A stretch of 64,000 bases of DNA from Rhizomicrobium sp. GTDB taxonomy: Bacteria > Pseudomonadota > Alphaproteobacteria > Micropepsales > Micropepsaceae. The stretch covers positions 27,931 to 91,930 of the forward strand of contig DASSGF010000015.1 of NCBI GenBank assembly GCA_035693565.1, given 5' to 3'. The number at the start of each line of letters is the position of its first letter. Position 1 is the first letter of the stretch. Shown here one piece after another: positions 35,766-46,580 of the stretch. Made by a program: the position numbers and the translations under genes. The notes beneath the pieces are model-generated. The model did no database searches. It saw nothing but the letters and a program-made list of their open reading frames with translations, and had not been told where the DNA came from.

Positions 35766-36694
35766 ACTGGATCACCAAAGTCGTCCGTCCCCGGATCAAA
35801 GGCCTGATTGGCGGCAAGGATGGCGGCCGCGGCGACACGCCGGAAAATCTCTGGAAAAAGTGCCCGTCCTGCGAGCAGATGATCTTTCACCGCGATCTGG
35901 TGGCCAATCTGAATGTCTGCCCCAATTGCGGCCATCATATGCGAATCGGCCCCGCCGAGCGTTTCGCCTATACCTTTGACGCCGGCAGCTTCACCGAATT
36001 GCCGCCGCCCAGCGTTCCGGCCGATCCGCTGCGCTTCAAGGGCGAAAAGAAATATGCCGATGAGATCAAGGCGGCGCGGGCCAAGACCGGGCGTCCGGAA
36101 GCCTTTACCGCCGCGCGTGGCACCATAGACGGCTTGAATGTGATGATCGGCGTGCAGCCCTTCGACTTTCTGGGCGGCAGCCTGGGGCTCGGCGTGGGCG
36201 AGGCGTTGATTGAATCGCTGCAGGCCGCCATCAAGGAAAAACGGCCTTACATCCTGTTCGTGGCATCCGGCGGCGCGCGCATGCAGGAAGGCATTCTCTC
36301 CCTGATGCAGATGCCGCGCGCCACCATCCTGGTGGACATGCTGCGCGAAGCGGGCCTGCCCTATATCGTGGTCTTGACCGATCCCACCTTCGGCGGCGTC
36401 AGCGCCTCTTACGCCATGCTGGGCGACATCCAGATCGCCGAGCCGGGCGCGCAAATCGGATTTACGGGTGCGCGGGTGATCGCGCAAACCATTCGCGAGA
36501 AACTGCCGGAAGGGTTCCAGCGCGCCGAGTATCTGCTGGAACATGGCATGCTGGACATGGTCACGCCGCGCAAGGAGATGCGGGCCACCCTGTCGCGGGT
36601 GCTGCATTTGCTGCTCAAGCAAGGCAAGCCGCGCAGCAAGGTGCTGTCCATGCCGCGGCGCAACGGCAATGGCGGCGTTCCCGCGACGCCGTGA
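35762..36694 (+). CDS. accD: acetyl-CoA carboxylase carboxyltransferase beta subunit
   Basis: N-terminal zinc ribbon CPSC...CPNCGHH followed by a carboxyltransferase domain. ATGA overlap with trpA. Confidence 0.95.
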   Translation: MNWITKVVRPRIKGLIGGKDGGRGDTPENLWKKCPSCEQMIFHRDLVANLNVCPNCGHHMRIGPAERFAYTFDAGSFTELPPPSVPADPLRFKGEKKYADEIKAARAKTGRPEAFTAARGTIDGLNVMIGVQPFDFLGGSLGLGVGEALIESLQAAIKEKRPYILFVASGGARMQEGILSLMQMPRATILVDMLREAGLPYIVVLTDPTFGGVSASYAMLGDIQIAEPGAQIGFTGARVIAQTIREKLPEGFQRAEYLLEHGMLDMVTPRKEMRATLSRVLHLLLKQGKPRSKVLSMPRRNGNGGVPATP

Positions 36695-36706
36695 TGCTGT
36701 GACCTG

Positions 36707-38044
36707 ATGCTTTCGGAGACCACCCGCAGCGACAGTGTTCTCAAGCGCCTGTTATCCTTGCATCCCAAGAAGATCGACCTGGCGCTGGATCGGGTGCTGC
36801 GCCTTCTCTCCGCCCTGGGCAATCCGCAGCTGAAGCTGCCGCCGGTGATCCATGTCGCGGGCACCAATGGCAAAGGATCGGCCTGCGCCTTCCTGCGCGC
36901 CATGCTGGAGGCGCAGGGGCTGAAGGTGCATGTCCACACCTCGCCGCATCTGGTCAAGTTTCATGAGCGCATCCGCATCGCCGGCAAGCTGATTTCCGAG
37001 GAGGGGCTGGTGTCGCTGCTGGAGGAGGTGGAGGAGGTCAACAAGGGCCGCGAAATCACTTTCTTCGAGATCACGGCGGCCGCCATGTTCCTGGCCTTTT
37101 CGCGTTATCCCGCCGATGCGGTGGTGCTGGAAGTGGGACTGGGCGGCACCTATGACGCCACCAATGTGGTGCCCAATCCGGCCATGACGGTGATCCAGCC
37201 GGTGGGGCTGGACCATAAGGAATTCCTGGGCGACGACCTGGCCGGCATCGCGGCCGAAAAAGCCGGCATCATCAAGAAGGGCGCGCCCCTGGTGATGGGG
37301 CCGCAGAGCGAAGTCGCGCGCCACATGATCTTGCGCCAGGCCGACCGTTTGGGCGTGACAGTGTTTGAATATGGCCAGGACTTTGTCACCCGCCAGGAAC
37401 ATGGCCGCATGGTCTATGAGGATGAAGTGGGCCTTTTGGACCTGCCGCTGCCCAAGCTGGTGGGACGGCATCAGATCGAGAATGCGGGGGTGGCGATCGC
37501 CGCGCTGCGTCACGCGGGAAGTTTTGAAGGCAGGAGATTGAGCTGGGGCCAGGAGACGGCGGTGGAAACAGGACTGGCCACGGTGGAATGGCCGGGGCGG
37601 CTGCAGCGCCTGCACAAGGGCCCGCTGGTGGAGGCCGCGCCCAAGGGCGCCGAAGTCTGGCTGGATGGCGGCCACAATCCGCACGGCGCCGAAGCGGTGT
37701 CGCGCGCCATGGCCGACATGGAAGAACATGGCGAGCGGCCGCTCTATCTGATCTGCGGCATGCTCCAGAACAAGGACGCGCTGGGCTTTTTACGCACCTT
37801 CAATGGCCTGGCGCGGCATGTGGTGACGGTGGCTATACCGGGCGAGGCGAACAGCCTGGGGGCAGGGGCGCTGTATGATATCGCGCGCCGCGCCGGGTTG
37901 GACAGCGCGCCGGCGGAAGACCTGGATGACGCCATGCTGCAGGTCACTGCTTGGACGCGGCTGGATGCGCAGGAAACGCCGCCGAGAATACTGATCTGCG
38001 GTTCGCTGTATCTGGCGGGAAAAGTTCTGACCGAGAACTCTTAA
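36707..38044 (+). CDS. folC: bifunctional folylpolyglutamate synthase / dihydrofolate synthase
   Basis: Mur-ligase P-loop HVAGTNGKGS, in the conserved position after accD. Confidence 0.9.
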   Translation: MLSETTRSDSVLKRLLSLHPKKIDLALDRVLRLLSALGNPQLKLPPVIHVAGTNGKGSACAFLRAMLEAQGLKVHVHTSPHLVKFHERIRIAGKLISEEGLVSLLEEVEEVNKGREITFFEITAAAMFLAFSRYPADAVVLEVGLGGTYDATNVVPNPAMTVIQPVGLDHKEFLGDDLAGIAAEKAGIIKKGAPLVMGPQSEVARHMILRQADRLGVTVFEYGQDFVTRQEHGRMVYEDEVGLLDLPLPKLVGRHQIENAGVAIAALRHAGSFEGRRLSWGQETAVETGLATVEWPGRLQRLHKGPLVEAAPKGAEVWLDGGHNPHGAEAVSRAMADMEEHGERPLYLICGMLQNKDALGFLRTFNGLARHVVTVAIPGEANSLGAGALYDIARRAGLDSAPAEDLDDAMLQVTAWTRLDAQETPPRILICGSLYLAGKVLTENS

Positions 38045-38358
38045 ATCGAGCTTTCAATCCACTCTTTGATCTTCGACTTAGGCAGCGCGCCGACTTTCGT
38101 CGCGGCCACCTGTCCCTGATGAAAGATCATCATGGTGGGAATGCCGCGCACGCCATACTTGGTCGGCACATGCGGATTTTCGTCGATGTTCAATTTGGCG
38201 ATGGTGACCTTGTCGCCCAGCTCGGCGGACAATTCATCCAAGGCCGGGGCGATCATCCGGCAAGGCCCGCACCATTCCGCCCAGAAATCCACCAGCACGG
38301 GCTTCTTGGCATCCAGGACATCGGCCTGGAAGGAGGCGTCGGACACTTTCAGCGGCAT
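38041..38358 (-). CDS. trxA: thioredoxin
   Basis: 105 aa from ATG 38358 with the WCGPC active site. Confidence 0.95.
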   Translation of the reverse strand: MPLKVSDASFQADVLDAKKPVLVDFWAEWCGPCRMIAPALDELSAELGDKVTIAKLNIDENPHVPTKYGVRGIPTMMIFHQGQVAATKVGALPKSKIKEWIESSI

Positions 38359-38391
38359 GGGTGCGATCCTGGTAACTTCTGGCCACAATAT

Positions 38392-41300
38392 CTAGGAACG
38401 CGAACCCCTTGGGTCAAGGCGGGTGGAAATCCCCGCCATTTGGGCATCCAGAACCACATCCGACAGCTGTAGAAGCCGCGGACCGTCCGTAAAAACAAGG
38501 CCGCAAAGGATTCGCTTGCCCGGGAAAATCTTCGCCGCTGCGGCGCGGTAGAGCGCCATCTGGGTAAGATAAATCTGTGGAACTTCGCTTTCCGTGGCGG
38601 GTGGCGGACGGTTGGTCTTGAAGTCCAGGATCAGCACCTGGTCCTTGGTCACCGCCAGCCGGTCGATACGGCCATTGACTCGCGCTCCGCTCCCCAATTC
38701 GGGCAGCTCCGCCAGCAGGCCGGCTTCCGCCTGGCTGCCGGCGGCGAAGGCGGCGGCGAAAGCGGGATGCTCCAACACCGCCAGACTTTCATCCACCAAG
38801 GCTTGCGGATTCTTCAAGCCGCTGGCTTGCGCATATTTCAGGGCGGCGGCGCGGCGCTTATCGGGCGCGATCTCGGGCAGGCGCGCTAGCAGCGCATGCA
38901 CCACCAGGCCGCGGCGGAATCTGCTGGCGCCCTTGTCGCGGGGCGAGAAAGTGGGCGGCGGCACACCCGCGGCGTCGGATGGGCGGATCAGGCGCGGCAA
39001 GGCCGGTTCGGGCGGCGCCGGCGCGGTGATCCAGTCGGGAAGCGAGGCTTGGGGCCCCGCCGCTTTTCCGGCGTCGCCGTGTTCTTCTTCCAGGGCGCCG
39101 AAGGCCGTGATCTCGCCATCGCCGCGCGTCACTTTCACGCCCAGCGCCTGTGCGGCGGCCTGGGCCAATTGATACCAGGAACCGTCCTTCACGCCTTTCT
39201 TGTTTTCAAAGCCGCAGACATAGAGCCGGTCGCGAGCGCGGGTCAGCGCCACATAAAGCAGGCGGCGATGTTCTTTTCGCGTTTCCTCTTCCGCCCTGGC
39301 CTTGGCGCGTTTCACGATATCGGGCGCGTCCGCTTCGGGGAGCGGAAACAGCACATCGCCGTCTTGATACAGCAGATGACCCTTGCGGCTGGGCGGCTCA
39401 GGCAGGGAGGTGGTGTCGGGCAGGATCACAATGTCAGCTTCCAGCCCCTTGGCGCCATGCACCGTCATCACCCGCACTTCGTCACGGCCGCGCTCCATGT
39501 CGCGCTTGATCTCGACTTCCCCACGCTCCACCCAATCCAGAAAAGCTTCCAGGGATGGGGAATGGCTTTGTTCGTGGGTCGAAGTCAGGGACAGGAACTC
39601 CTCGATGGCATCGGCGGACTCCAGGCCCAGGCGCGCCAGCAATTTCTCCTTAGCCCCCAGCGCGGTCAGGGCATGGGAATAGAATTCAAAGGGCGGGGCG
39701 TAATCGGCGCGTTCCAGCATCGCCGACAGAAAAGCGTGGGCTTCGCGGAAATCGGCGCGCCGCGCCACCAGCTGGGCCCACAAGTCGGCCTTGCGGCCGT
39801 GCGCCAGCAAAAACAGCGCTTCCTCGCTCAAGCCGCACAGCGGCGAGCGCAACAGCGCCGCCAGGTTGAGATCATCTTCCCGTTGCAGCACAAAGCGGCC
39901 CAGCGCGATCAGGTCCATCGCCGCGATCTGTTCGGTCAGCCGCACCCGGTCGGCGCCGGCCACCGGCACCCGGCGCAACTTCAGCTGGCGGATCACTTCG
40001 CCGCCGAACGGCTCACGGCGGGGCAGCAAAATCATGATATCGCGCGGGGCGATCGGATGGTCATGCCCGGGCAGGCGGGCGCGCCTTTTCAGCCAGCCCG
40101 CGATCTTGTCCGCAACCAAAGCCGCCAGCCTGGCGACAGGGCTTTCCTTTTGCACCACGTCGACAGGGGCGTAATAATCGACGTCTTCCTCCTCTTCCGG
40201 CGCCAAGGCGGGCCAGAATTCGATACCTCCTTTGGCGGTGTCCCGATGGGCGAGGTGCTCGATCGCAGCGCCAGACACCGTCAGCCCGGACCGCGCCGCT
40301 TCCTCTTCAAACACGCGGTCGACGAAGCGCAATATTTCCGGCGCCGAGCGGCGCGAGGTGATCAGCGGCACTTCATGCAGGCGCTGGTCGGCGCCCGCGA
40401 TGACTTCCGCGAAGTAGCGGCGGTTGATGTCGAACTGGCCGGGGTCGGCGCCCTGGAAGCTGAAGATGGATTGCTTCTCGTCGCCCACGGCAAAGATGGT
40501 GCGCGTCTGGTCGCGCTCGCGCCCCTGTCCGGCGAAGAATTCCTCGGTCAGTTTCTGGATGATTTCCCATTGCTCGGGACTGGTGTCCTGGGCCTCGTCG
40601 ATCAGCACATGGTCGATGCCGCCATCCAGTTTATAGAGCACCCATCCCGCGGCGCCGCGCCGCTTGAGCAAATTGCGGGTTTCCACAATCAGGTCGTCAT
40701 AGTCCAGCACCCCGCGCAGCCGCTTGGCGGATTGATAATGCCCGCGCATGGCGCCAATGACGGTGAGCGCGGCTTGCGCCAATACGGCGGCGCGGGCGGC
40801 GCGATGGCGCTCCGCCACGGCGCAACAGCGTTCCTGCAATTTGACCAGATAATTTTGCAAATGCGGGCGTGCATCTGTGAGTTTTTTGGTGGCCAGCTTT
40901 TTACGAGGCTCGCCGTCCTTGGTCAGCAACAACCGGCGCAAGATGCCGAAACCATCCGGCGAAAAGTCGGTTCCCAGATAGTCGCGCCATTGGTTTGCGC
41001 TGTCTTTATCTTTGTCGGTGCCCTGGGCCAGCCAGGTTGGCAGTTCACACAACAGGTCCAAATCCTGGCGCAGGCTTTCGCAGAAGTCTTCCACGATGCT
41101 TTCCATCGTTTCGCCGCCCGCCAGGCCGTGGATGGCGCGCAGCCGGGCGTCCATCTCTTCCACGGAATCGAAAAACCGGTCCAGTTTGCGGCGGTCGCTG
41201 CCCAAGGCGGCGTTCAGAATATTGGTCAGGCTGGCCTCGCTGGTTTCGGTCACCAGCAGCGCCACCGCCCGTTGCAGCACGGTATCGCCGGAGCCGGCCC

Positions 41301-41772
41301 GCTCCAGCACCCGCTGGCGCGCTTCGCCGATCAATTCCCGCGCCGATTGGTCATCCAGCACTTCGAAAGCGGGGGGAATGCCGGCCTCGATGGGAAAGCG
41401 CGACAGCACGATCTGGCAGAAGGCGTGCAGCGTGAGTACCTTCAGACCGCCGGGAGTCTCCAGCGCCGCCGCGAACAGCCGCCGCGCCTTGGCCAGGTCG
41501 GCATGGGCATCGCCGCCGATCTTGACGATTTCGCCGCGCAACGCCTCGTCGGGCAGCATGGACCATTCGCCCAACTGCTTGAACAGGCGCTCCTGCATTT
41601 CCGCCGCTGCCGCCTTGGTGAAGGTCAGGCAAAGAATTTTCCGCGGCTCGGCGTCGGAGAGCAGCAGCCGCGCCACCCGGTTGGCCAAAGTGTAAGTCTT
41701 GCCCGCACCGGCATTGGCCGCCACCCAGGCGGAGATGTCGGGATCAGAGGCGATGACCGAAGGCTCGCGCAT
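38392..41772 (-). CDS. addA: double-strand break repair helicase AddA
   Basis: UvrD-type helicase motif I AGAGKTYTL and a C-terminal PD-(D/E)xK-like nuclease block (RIDRLAV...ILDFKT). Its ATG shares one nucleotide with the addB stop. Confidence 0.9.
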   Translation of the reverse strand: MREPSVIASDPDISAWVAANAGAGKTYTLANRVARLLLSDAEPRKILCLTFTKAAAAEMQERLFKQLGEWSMLPDEALRGEIVKIGGDAHADLAKARRLFAAALETPGGLKVLTLHAFCQIVLSRFPIEAGIPPAFEVLDDQSARELIGEARQRVLERAGSGDTVLQRAVALLVTETSEASLTNILNAALGSDRRKLDRFFDSVEEMDARLRAIHGLAGGETMESIVEDFCESLRQDLDLLCELPTWLAQGTDKDKDSANQWRDYLGTDFSPDGFGILRRLLLTKDGEPRKKLATKKLTDARPHLQNYLVKLQERCCAVAERHRAARAAVLAQAALTVIGAMRGHYQSAKRLRGVLDYDDLIVETRNLLKRRGAAGWVLYKLDGGIDHVLIDEAQDTSPEQWEIIQKLTEEFFAGQGRERDQTRTIFAVGDEKQSIFSFQGADPGQFDINRRYFAEVIAGADQRLHEVPLITSRRSAPEILRFVDRVFEEEAARSGLTVSGAAIEHLAHRDTAKGGIEFWPALAPEEEEDVDYYAPVDVVQKESPVARLAALVADKIAGWLKRRARLPGHDHPIAPRDIMILLPRREPFGGEVIRQLKLRRVPVAGADRVRLTEQIAAMDLIALGRFVLQREDDLNLAALLRSPLCGLSEEALFLLAHGRKADLWAQLVARRADFREAHAFLSAMLERADYAPPFEFYSHALTALGAKEKLLARLGLESADAIEEFLSLTSTHEQSHSPSLEAFLDWVERGEVEIKRDMERGRDEVRVMTVHGAKGLEADIVILPDTTSLPEPPSRKGHLLYQDGDVLFPLPEADAPDIVKRAKARAEEETRKEHRRLLYVALTRARDRLYVCGFENKKGVKDGSWYQLAQAAAQALGVKVTRGDGEITAFGALEEEHGDAGKAAGPQASLPDWITAPAPPEPALPRLIRPSDAAGVPPPTFSPRDKGASRFRRGLVVHALLARLPEIAPDKRRAAALKYAQASGLKNPQALVDESLAVLEHPAFAAAFAAGSQAEAGLLAELPELGSGARVNGRIDRLAVTKDQVLILDFKTNRPPPATESEVPQIYLTQMALYRAAAAKIFPGKRILCGLVFTDGPRLLQLSDVVLDAQMAGISTRLDPRGSRS

Positions 41773-44735
41773 CACTCCTCCGTCCAGCCAGAGGGTGACC
41801 ATTCGCGCACCCGCGCCAGATGGTCATAGTCGCCCGCGATGTCGGCGCGATAGGGCCGCACGCGCGGACGATAGGCCGTGGCCGGTTCCTGGAACCAGGC
41901 GATGCGCCGCGACAGTTGCGCCACCGCTTCCTGGGCCAGTTCCACCGCGCCTTCGATCTGTTGCGGATCGCGCGCCTTTTTTTCGCTGGCCAGGCTGAGA
42001 TAGATCAGCTGCTCGGCGATATGGGCGCCGATATCGAAACCGTCCGCCGCCAGCATGGCGCCTTCCAGCGGCAGTTGCGGCGACAAAAGCTGGGTCACCT
42101 GCTTCTGGCTGGGCGCCGCGCCGGTCTTGTAGTCCAGGATCGCAGCGCTGCCGTTTTGCAGAATGTCGATGCGGTCGGCGATGCCGGTAAGGGTAAAGCC
42201 GCCCAAGGTTAGTTTGCCTCTGATCTCCAGATGTGAAGCCGTGATGTCGGCGCGCCGTTCGCGTTCGAAGTCCACAAAACCGCGCGCCGCGGCGGCAAAA
42301 CGCGGCCGCCACACGGCCAGCGCCGCCTTGGGAATGCCGGCCTGGTCGAAAACCCGGTCGGCGATGGCCGTGAGACGCGCCGCGGCATCGTCCGGCAAAC
42401 CGTCTTGATGCTGGGCGATAAAAATCTCCAGCGCCTTGTGCAAGGCCGTGCCACGCTCCAGTGGACCGGTGGGCTCGTCAATCGCCTCCAGCGGTTTCAG
42501 CCCCAGCACATGCCGCGCATAGATGGCATAAGGATCGCGCAGCCAGGTCTCGATTTCGGTGACCGATAATTTGCGGGGCCGCGCCTCCACCGGCGGCGTC
42601 GGGGCGGGACGCGGCAGCCGCGGTCCCTGCGGTACATCCATCAGCCGCGCCGCCGCCTGCGCATAGTCCAGCTTGGGCGCGAGCGCCTCGCGCAATTGAA
42701 GCCCGCGCGTCAATTGCTCCAGGCGCTGCAGCCAGCGCGAGGCTATGGTGGGCGCGCCTTCCGCCTTCAAGGCGCGGGTCAGAAGCACGCAAGGTCCGGC
42801 CGCCAGCATGGCGAAGTCATGCGCCGAAAGACCGATGCCGCGCTCCGGCTGTTCCAGGCCCAGGCTGGCGCGCATGGGCCGGGAAAACCAGGGATCGCTC
42901 TGCGCGCCGCGCGGCCAGGAGCCCTCATTCAATCCACCCAGGATGACCAGGTCGAAGCGTTGCAAGCGCGCTTCCAGGGGTCCCAGGATCGCCAGCCGGG
43001 GATGCTGGCCGCGCTGGGCGCGCACCGGCACCTTCATCGCCAGGCTGCGGAACAGAGCGGGCCATGAGCCCGGCTCGATGGCGTCCAGATTTTCCGCCGC
43101 CAGTTTGAGTTCGGCGGTCAATGCAAGAGCGGCTTCGCCATCCTCGGCGGCCCAAAGAAGGCACGCGCCGCGTTCATCGCACGCCAAGGCTTCGGCGGCG
43201 GTTAGCTGGGTCTCAAGCAAATTTTCCAGCAGCGCGTCCGGCTGGGCGAGGATTTGTTCCAGGGGTACGAGGATTTTCGCGATTTCCTCCCACCAGCCGG
43301 CCAGCTGTGCCAGCCCCGCCGGCGGCGTGCGCTCTTCGCCCGCTTTGGCGATGGCGTTGGCAATGCCGGCCAGGCCCGGATCGGGGCGGGGACCGCGCAG
43401 GCACCAGCGGTCCAGTTCGCGCGCCCGCGCCCGAAATTCCGCGCTGTCCAGGCCGCGCCGCGCGAAGGGATGCTTCAACAAGGCCAAAAGCGGCACCGGC
43501 GCGAAACGCGCTTGCGCCGCTTCCGCCAGCAGGCAGAGAAATGTGCCGGCGGCGGTGTGGGCCAGCGGGCGGCCGGCGGAATCGTCGAGCAGGATATTCC
43601 AGCGCGCCATCTCAGCCGCCACCCGCCGCGCCAGGTTGCGGTCCGGCGTTACCAGGGCGGCGGTGCGGCCCGGCGTCTCCAAGGCCTCGCGCAGGGCAAG
43701 TGCGATGGCCAAGCCTTCCTGCGCGGGATCGGCGGCCTCGATCAGCGCCAGGCCGCGCAAGCCTTTTTCGATTTCGCCGCCGCCCTTGTCGGCCAATTCG
43801 CGCCAGGCATCGGTGGTGGGGGCGGGGCGCAATGTTTCGCGCAGCAGGATTTCGCGCGCCGGATCGGTTTCGGCGGCGATCCAGTCCTTCACATCCTCCC
43901 GGTCCGCCCCAATGGTCCTCAGCAGCTGCCGCAAGCCGAATTGCGGATGACCTGACTGGTCTTGAATATCCAGCGTGTTCCAGCTTTCGTCATCCATTGT
44001 CCGGTCCAGCCCCGGCAGCACCACCGCGCCTTGCGGCAGGCGTGCGATCACCGACAGCAATTCGGCCGTGGCGGGGATGGAGCCGGTGGACCCGGCGGCG
44101 ATCACCATGCCGGATGGCGGCGCGGCTTGCAGGCGTTGCGCCAGCGCCCGCAGCGCCTGAACCCGGCGGGCGGCGGGATTCATCGCTTGTTCCGCTTCCA
44201 GAACGGCGGGCCATGCTTGCTGCAACACATCCAGAAAGTGCGAAACGCCTTGCCAATGTTCTGCCAGCTCGGCAGGCGCCAGGTCTTTCCAGCGGGAAAG
44301 GTCGCAATCCTGGGTTTCGACTTCATCCATCAGCCTGGCCAGGCTGTTGGCCAGCGCGGCGCATTGCGCGAAGGAAAGCTGCCCGCCACGCTCGCTCCGG
44401 TCCCATTGCCGGATCAGGCGGGCCAGCAGCAATTGCCGCCGCAGCGGCGCGATGGGAGGCGCCAGTTCCAAGTCATCGTCCGCCAGCAACAGCTCGTCAT
44501 CCTCGCTGTCGCGACCGCTGTCTCCAAGGGGCTTGAATTGCGGCAACAGCGTTGCCCCGCCCAGCACAGCTGCAAAAGCCTCGCCAAAATTGCGCGCCGC
44601 GCGGCGGGTAGGCAAATAGATCACGGCGGACGACAGGGCCAGCGGATCATCGCCAAGGCGCGCGATCAGGCCCTTGGCCAGCGTCTCGGCAAAAGCCGCG
44701 CTGGCGGCGATGGTAAAAACCGCCGGCCGTTTCAC
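41772..44735 (-). CDS. addB: double-strand break repair protein AddB
   Basis: Large helicase-like protein with a C-terminal nuclease block (ADRIDIL...ILDYKTG), in the conserved pair with addA. The start is uncertain. GTG 44735 avoids overlap with the upstream gene, whereas the track start is 44789. Confidence 0.85.
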   Translation of the reverse strand: MKRPAVFTIAASAAFAETLAKGLIARLGDDPLALSSAVIYLPTRRAARNFGEAFAAVLGGATLLPQFKPLGDSGRDSEDDELLLADDDLELAPPIAPLRRQLLLARLIRQWDRSERGGQLSFAQCAALANSLARLMDEVETQDCDLSRWKDLAPAELAEHWQGVSHFLDVLQQAWPAVLEAEQAMNPAARRVQALRALAQRLQAAPPSGMVIAAGSTGSIPATAELLSVIARLPQGAVVLPGLDRTMDDESWNTLDIQDQSGHPQFGLRQLLRTIGADREDVKDWIAAETDPAREILLRETLRPAPTTDAWRELADKGGGEIEKGLRGLALIEAADPAQEGLAIALALREALETPGRTAALVTPDRNLARRVAAEMARWNILLDDSAGRPLAHTAAGTFLCLLAEAAQARFAPVPLLALLKHPFARRGLDSAEFRARARELDRWCLRGPRPDPGLAGIANAIAKAGEERTPPAGLAQLAGWWEEIAKILVPLEQILAQPDALLENLLETQLTAAEALACDERGACLLWAAEDGEAALALTAELKLAAENLDAIEPGSWPALFRSLAMKVPVRAQRGQHPRLAILGPLEARLQRFDLVILGGLNEGSWPRGAQSDPWFSRPMRASLGLEQPERGIGLSAHDFAMLAAGPCVLLTRALKAEGAPTIASRWLQRLEQLTRGLQLREALAPKLDYAQAAARLMDVPQGPRLPRPAPTPPVEARPRKLSVTEIETWLRDPYAIYARHVLGLKPLEAIDEPTGPLERGTALHKALEIFIAQHQDGLPDDAAARLTAIADRVFDQAGIPKAALAVWRPRFAAAARGFVDFERERRADITASHLEIRGKLTLGGFTLTGIADRIDILQNGSAAILDYKTGAAPSQKQVTQLLSPQLPLEGAMLAADGFDIGAHIAEQLIYLSLASEKKARDPQQIEGAVELAQEAVAQLSRRIAWFQEPATAYRPRVRPYRADIAGDYDHLARVREWSPSGWTEE

Positions 44736-44745
44736 GCCGCGGCCT

Positions 44746-45474
44746 TCACGCCGCGGACTGGGCGGCGAGAGTGGCCTCCGCTTCCTCACGAGCCTGCGGC
44801 GTGCCGACGTGAATCCAGGTGCCGTCCATCACCGCGCCGGACAGCCGTCCGCCCGCGATGGCGCGGTCCCACATGATGTTGGTGGAGAAAGCGCCCTGCG
44901 GCGCGCCGGCGAACAGGCGCGGATGGGCGATCTGCACCCCCGGATAGGCAAAGACGGCGTCCCTTTCGCCCGCGTCACGGGCGCGGATCAAACGGCCGTC
45001 GCTTTTCAGCGCAAAATCGCCGGCGCCCTCATACCCAAGGGCGGTTTTCATGTCGGCCAGCAGCAGCAACCCGTCCATGCGTTTCTCATCCCATTGCGCC
45101 AGCATGGCGGACAGTACCGGCGTGCCGGTCTCGATCCAGATGGAATCGGAATTGAGCACAAAGAAAGGCGCCGCGCCCAGATGCGGCATGGCCTTGACCA
45201 CGCCGCCGCCGGTATCCAGCAGCATGTCGGTTTCGTCCGAATAGACGATCTCCACATCGCGGCGCTTGGCCAGATGGGCGCGCAGCATCTCCGCCTTGTA
45301 ATGCAGATTGACCACAATCAGCCGCACGCCGGCTGCGACCAGCCGGTCGATGGAATGATCGATCAGGGTTTTTCCGCCCACCGTGACCAACGGCTTGGGC
45401 CGGTCGTCGGTCAAGGGCCGCATGCGGGTGCCAAGCCCCGCGCCCATCATCATCGCGGCAGTGACTTTGCTCAA
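44746..45474 (-). CDS. sugar-phosphate nucleotidyltransferase (MurU-like)
   Basis: GAGLGTRMRPLTDDRPKPLV signature. It is paired with an AmgK-like kinase gene. Confidence 0.8.
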   Translation of the reverse strand: MSKVTAAMMMGAGLGTRMRPLTDDRPKPLVTVGGKTLIDHSIDRLVAAGVRLIVVNLHYKAEMLRAHLAKRRDVEIVYSDETDMLLDTGGGVVKAMPHLGAAPFFVLNSDSIWIETGTPVLSAMLAQWDEKRMDGLLLLADMKTALGYEGAGDFALKSDGRLIRARDAGERDAVFAYPGVQIAHPRLFAGAPQGAFSTNIMWDRAIAGGRLSGAVMDGTWIHVGTPQAREEAEATLAAQSAA

Positions 45475-46580
45475 TTTCGCTCCACGCTGCGCTTGTCTTT
45501 TGGAATCACGCGATCATACCACGCCCGTAAATCCGCCAGCGCCGGATGGGCCAGGTCGCGTTCCAGATAATTCCAGACCCGGGGCAGGAAGGCCAGATAG
45601 CGCGCCCTGCCGTCGCGTTTGTAAAGCCGGGCGAAAATGCCCACGATCTTGGCATTGCGCTGGGCCGCCATCACCGCCATGGCATGGCGGAAGTCTGTCT
45701 CATCCACCGGCGTGCCTTGCCGCCGCAGGGCTGCGAGATAGTGGGCCGTGGCGGCCTCGGCCAGGGCTGGCGAGACGTCCCGCCGCGCATCCTCAATCAG
45801 CGAGATCAGATCATAGGCCTGGCTTCCCGCCACAGCATCCTGGAAATCGATCAGCCCCACCCGCGCCACGCCCCGGCGTTGCGGCAGCCACAACAGATTC
45901 TGGGCATGAAAATCGCGATGCACGAAGACGCGGCGCGCCTTTGCGATGCCGGCAAGAACCGCGCGCCACAGAAGGCGATGTTCGTCGCTTTCCTCCTCCG
46001 TGGCCTTGCGGCCCAGGGCCAGCGGCAGGAACCATTCGGTGAGCAGGTCGGTCTCCGCCGTCAGCGCCGTCAGGTCATAATCGAACAGCGGCTTGTCCGG
46101 CGACAAAGCGGAAGGCGCGTCATGGGCGTGAATTTTCGCCAGCACTTCGACGGCATGTTCATAGAGTTGTTTTTCATCACCGCCATCGGCCAGGACTTCG
46201 GCAAACAGCGCGTCTCCCAGATCCTCCAGGATGACAAAACCTTGCGCCGGATCGGCTTCGTAAATATCCGGTGCCGCCATGCCGTGCGCCCGCAGCCAAT
46301 GGGCGGCAGCGACAAAGCGGGCGCAATCGGCGCCCGCCAGCCGCGCCACCGCATTGTAACCCAGCGCCCGGCGCGCGTCCTCGCTGGCGTCTGCCGGCGC
46401 AACCGGTGTTTCCGCGTGTTGCGGCTGATCCATCAGCATCGCCTTGCGGCCGCCAAGCGCCAATCGTGAATAGGTCCGGGTGGAAGCATCGCCAGGCAGC
46501 GGCGCGATGCTGGCCGCGCCCCAGCCGGAGCGCGCCAGAAAATCGCTCATCGCGGCTTTGCGCTCGGAGGCTTCAGACAT
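45471..46580 (-). CDS. aminoglycoside-phosphotransferase-fold kinase (AmgK-like)
   Basis: Catalytic-loop motif VHRDFHAQNLLW plus IDFQDA. It overlaps both neighbouring genes. Confidence 0.75.
   Translation of the reverse strand: MSEASERKAAMSDFLARSGWGAASIAPLPGDASTRTYSRLALGGRKAMLMDQPQHAETPVAPADASEDARRALGYNAVARLAGADCARFVAAAHWLRAHGMAAPDIYEADPAQGFVILEDLGDALFAEVLADGGDEKQLYEHAVEVLAKIHAHDAPSALSPDKPLFDYDLTALTAETDLLTEWFLPLALGRKATEEESDEHRLLWRAVLAGIAKARRVFVHRDFHAQNLLWLPQRRGVARVGLIDFQDAVAGSQAYDLISLIEDARRDVSPALAEAATAHYLAALRRQGTPVDETDFRHAMAVMAAQRNAKIVGIFARLYKRDGRARYLAFLPRVWNYLERDLAHPALADLRAWYDRVIPKDKRSVERN

Noticed and set aside
38896-41829. 977-aa ORF on the plus strand, plus many other ORFs of 100-650 aa such as 2396..3682(-), 4665..6062(+), 14726..16108(-), 11618..13480(+), 20867..22162(-) and 51691..53655(+)
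   Set aside because: Each lies antisense or out of frame to a gene with clear family motifs (addA, pabB, GMC, amidohydrolase, kinase, rpsA). Their translations are Arg/Gly/Ala/Pro-rich with no recognisable domains. This is the usual open-frame artefact of high-GC DNA.
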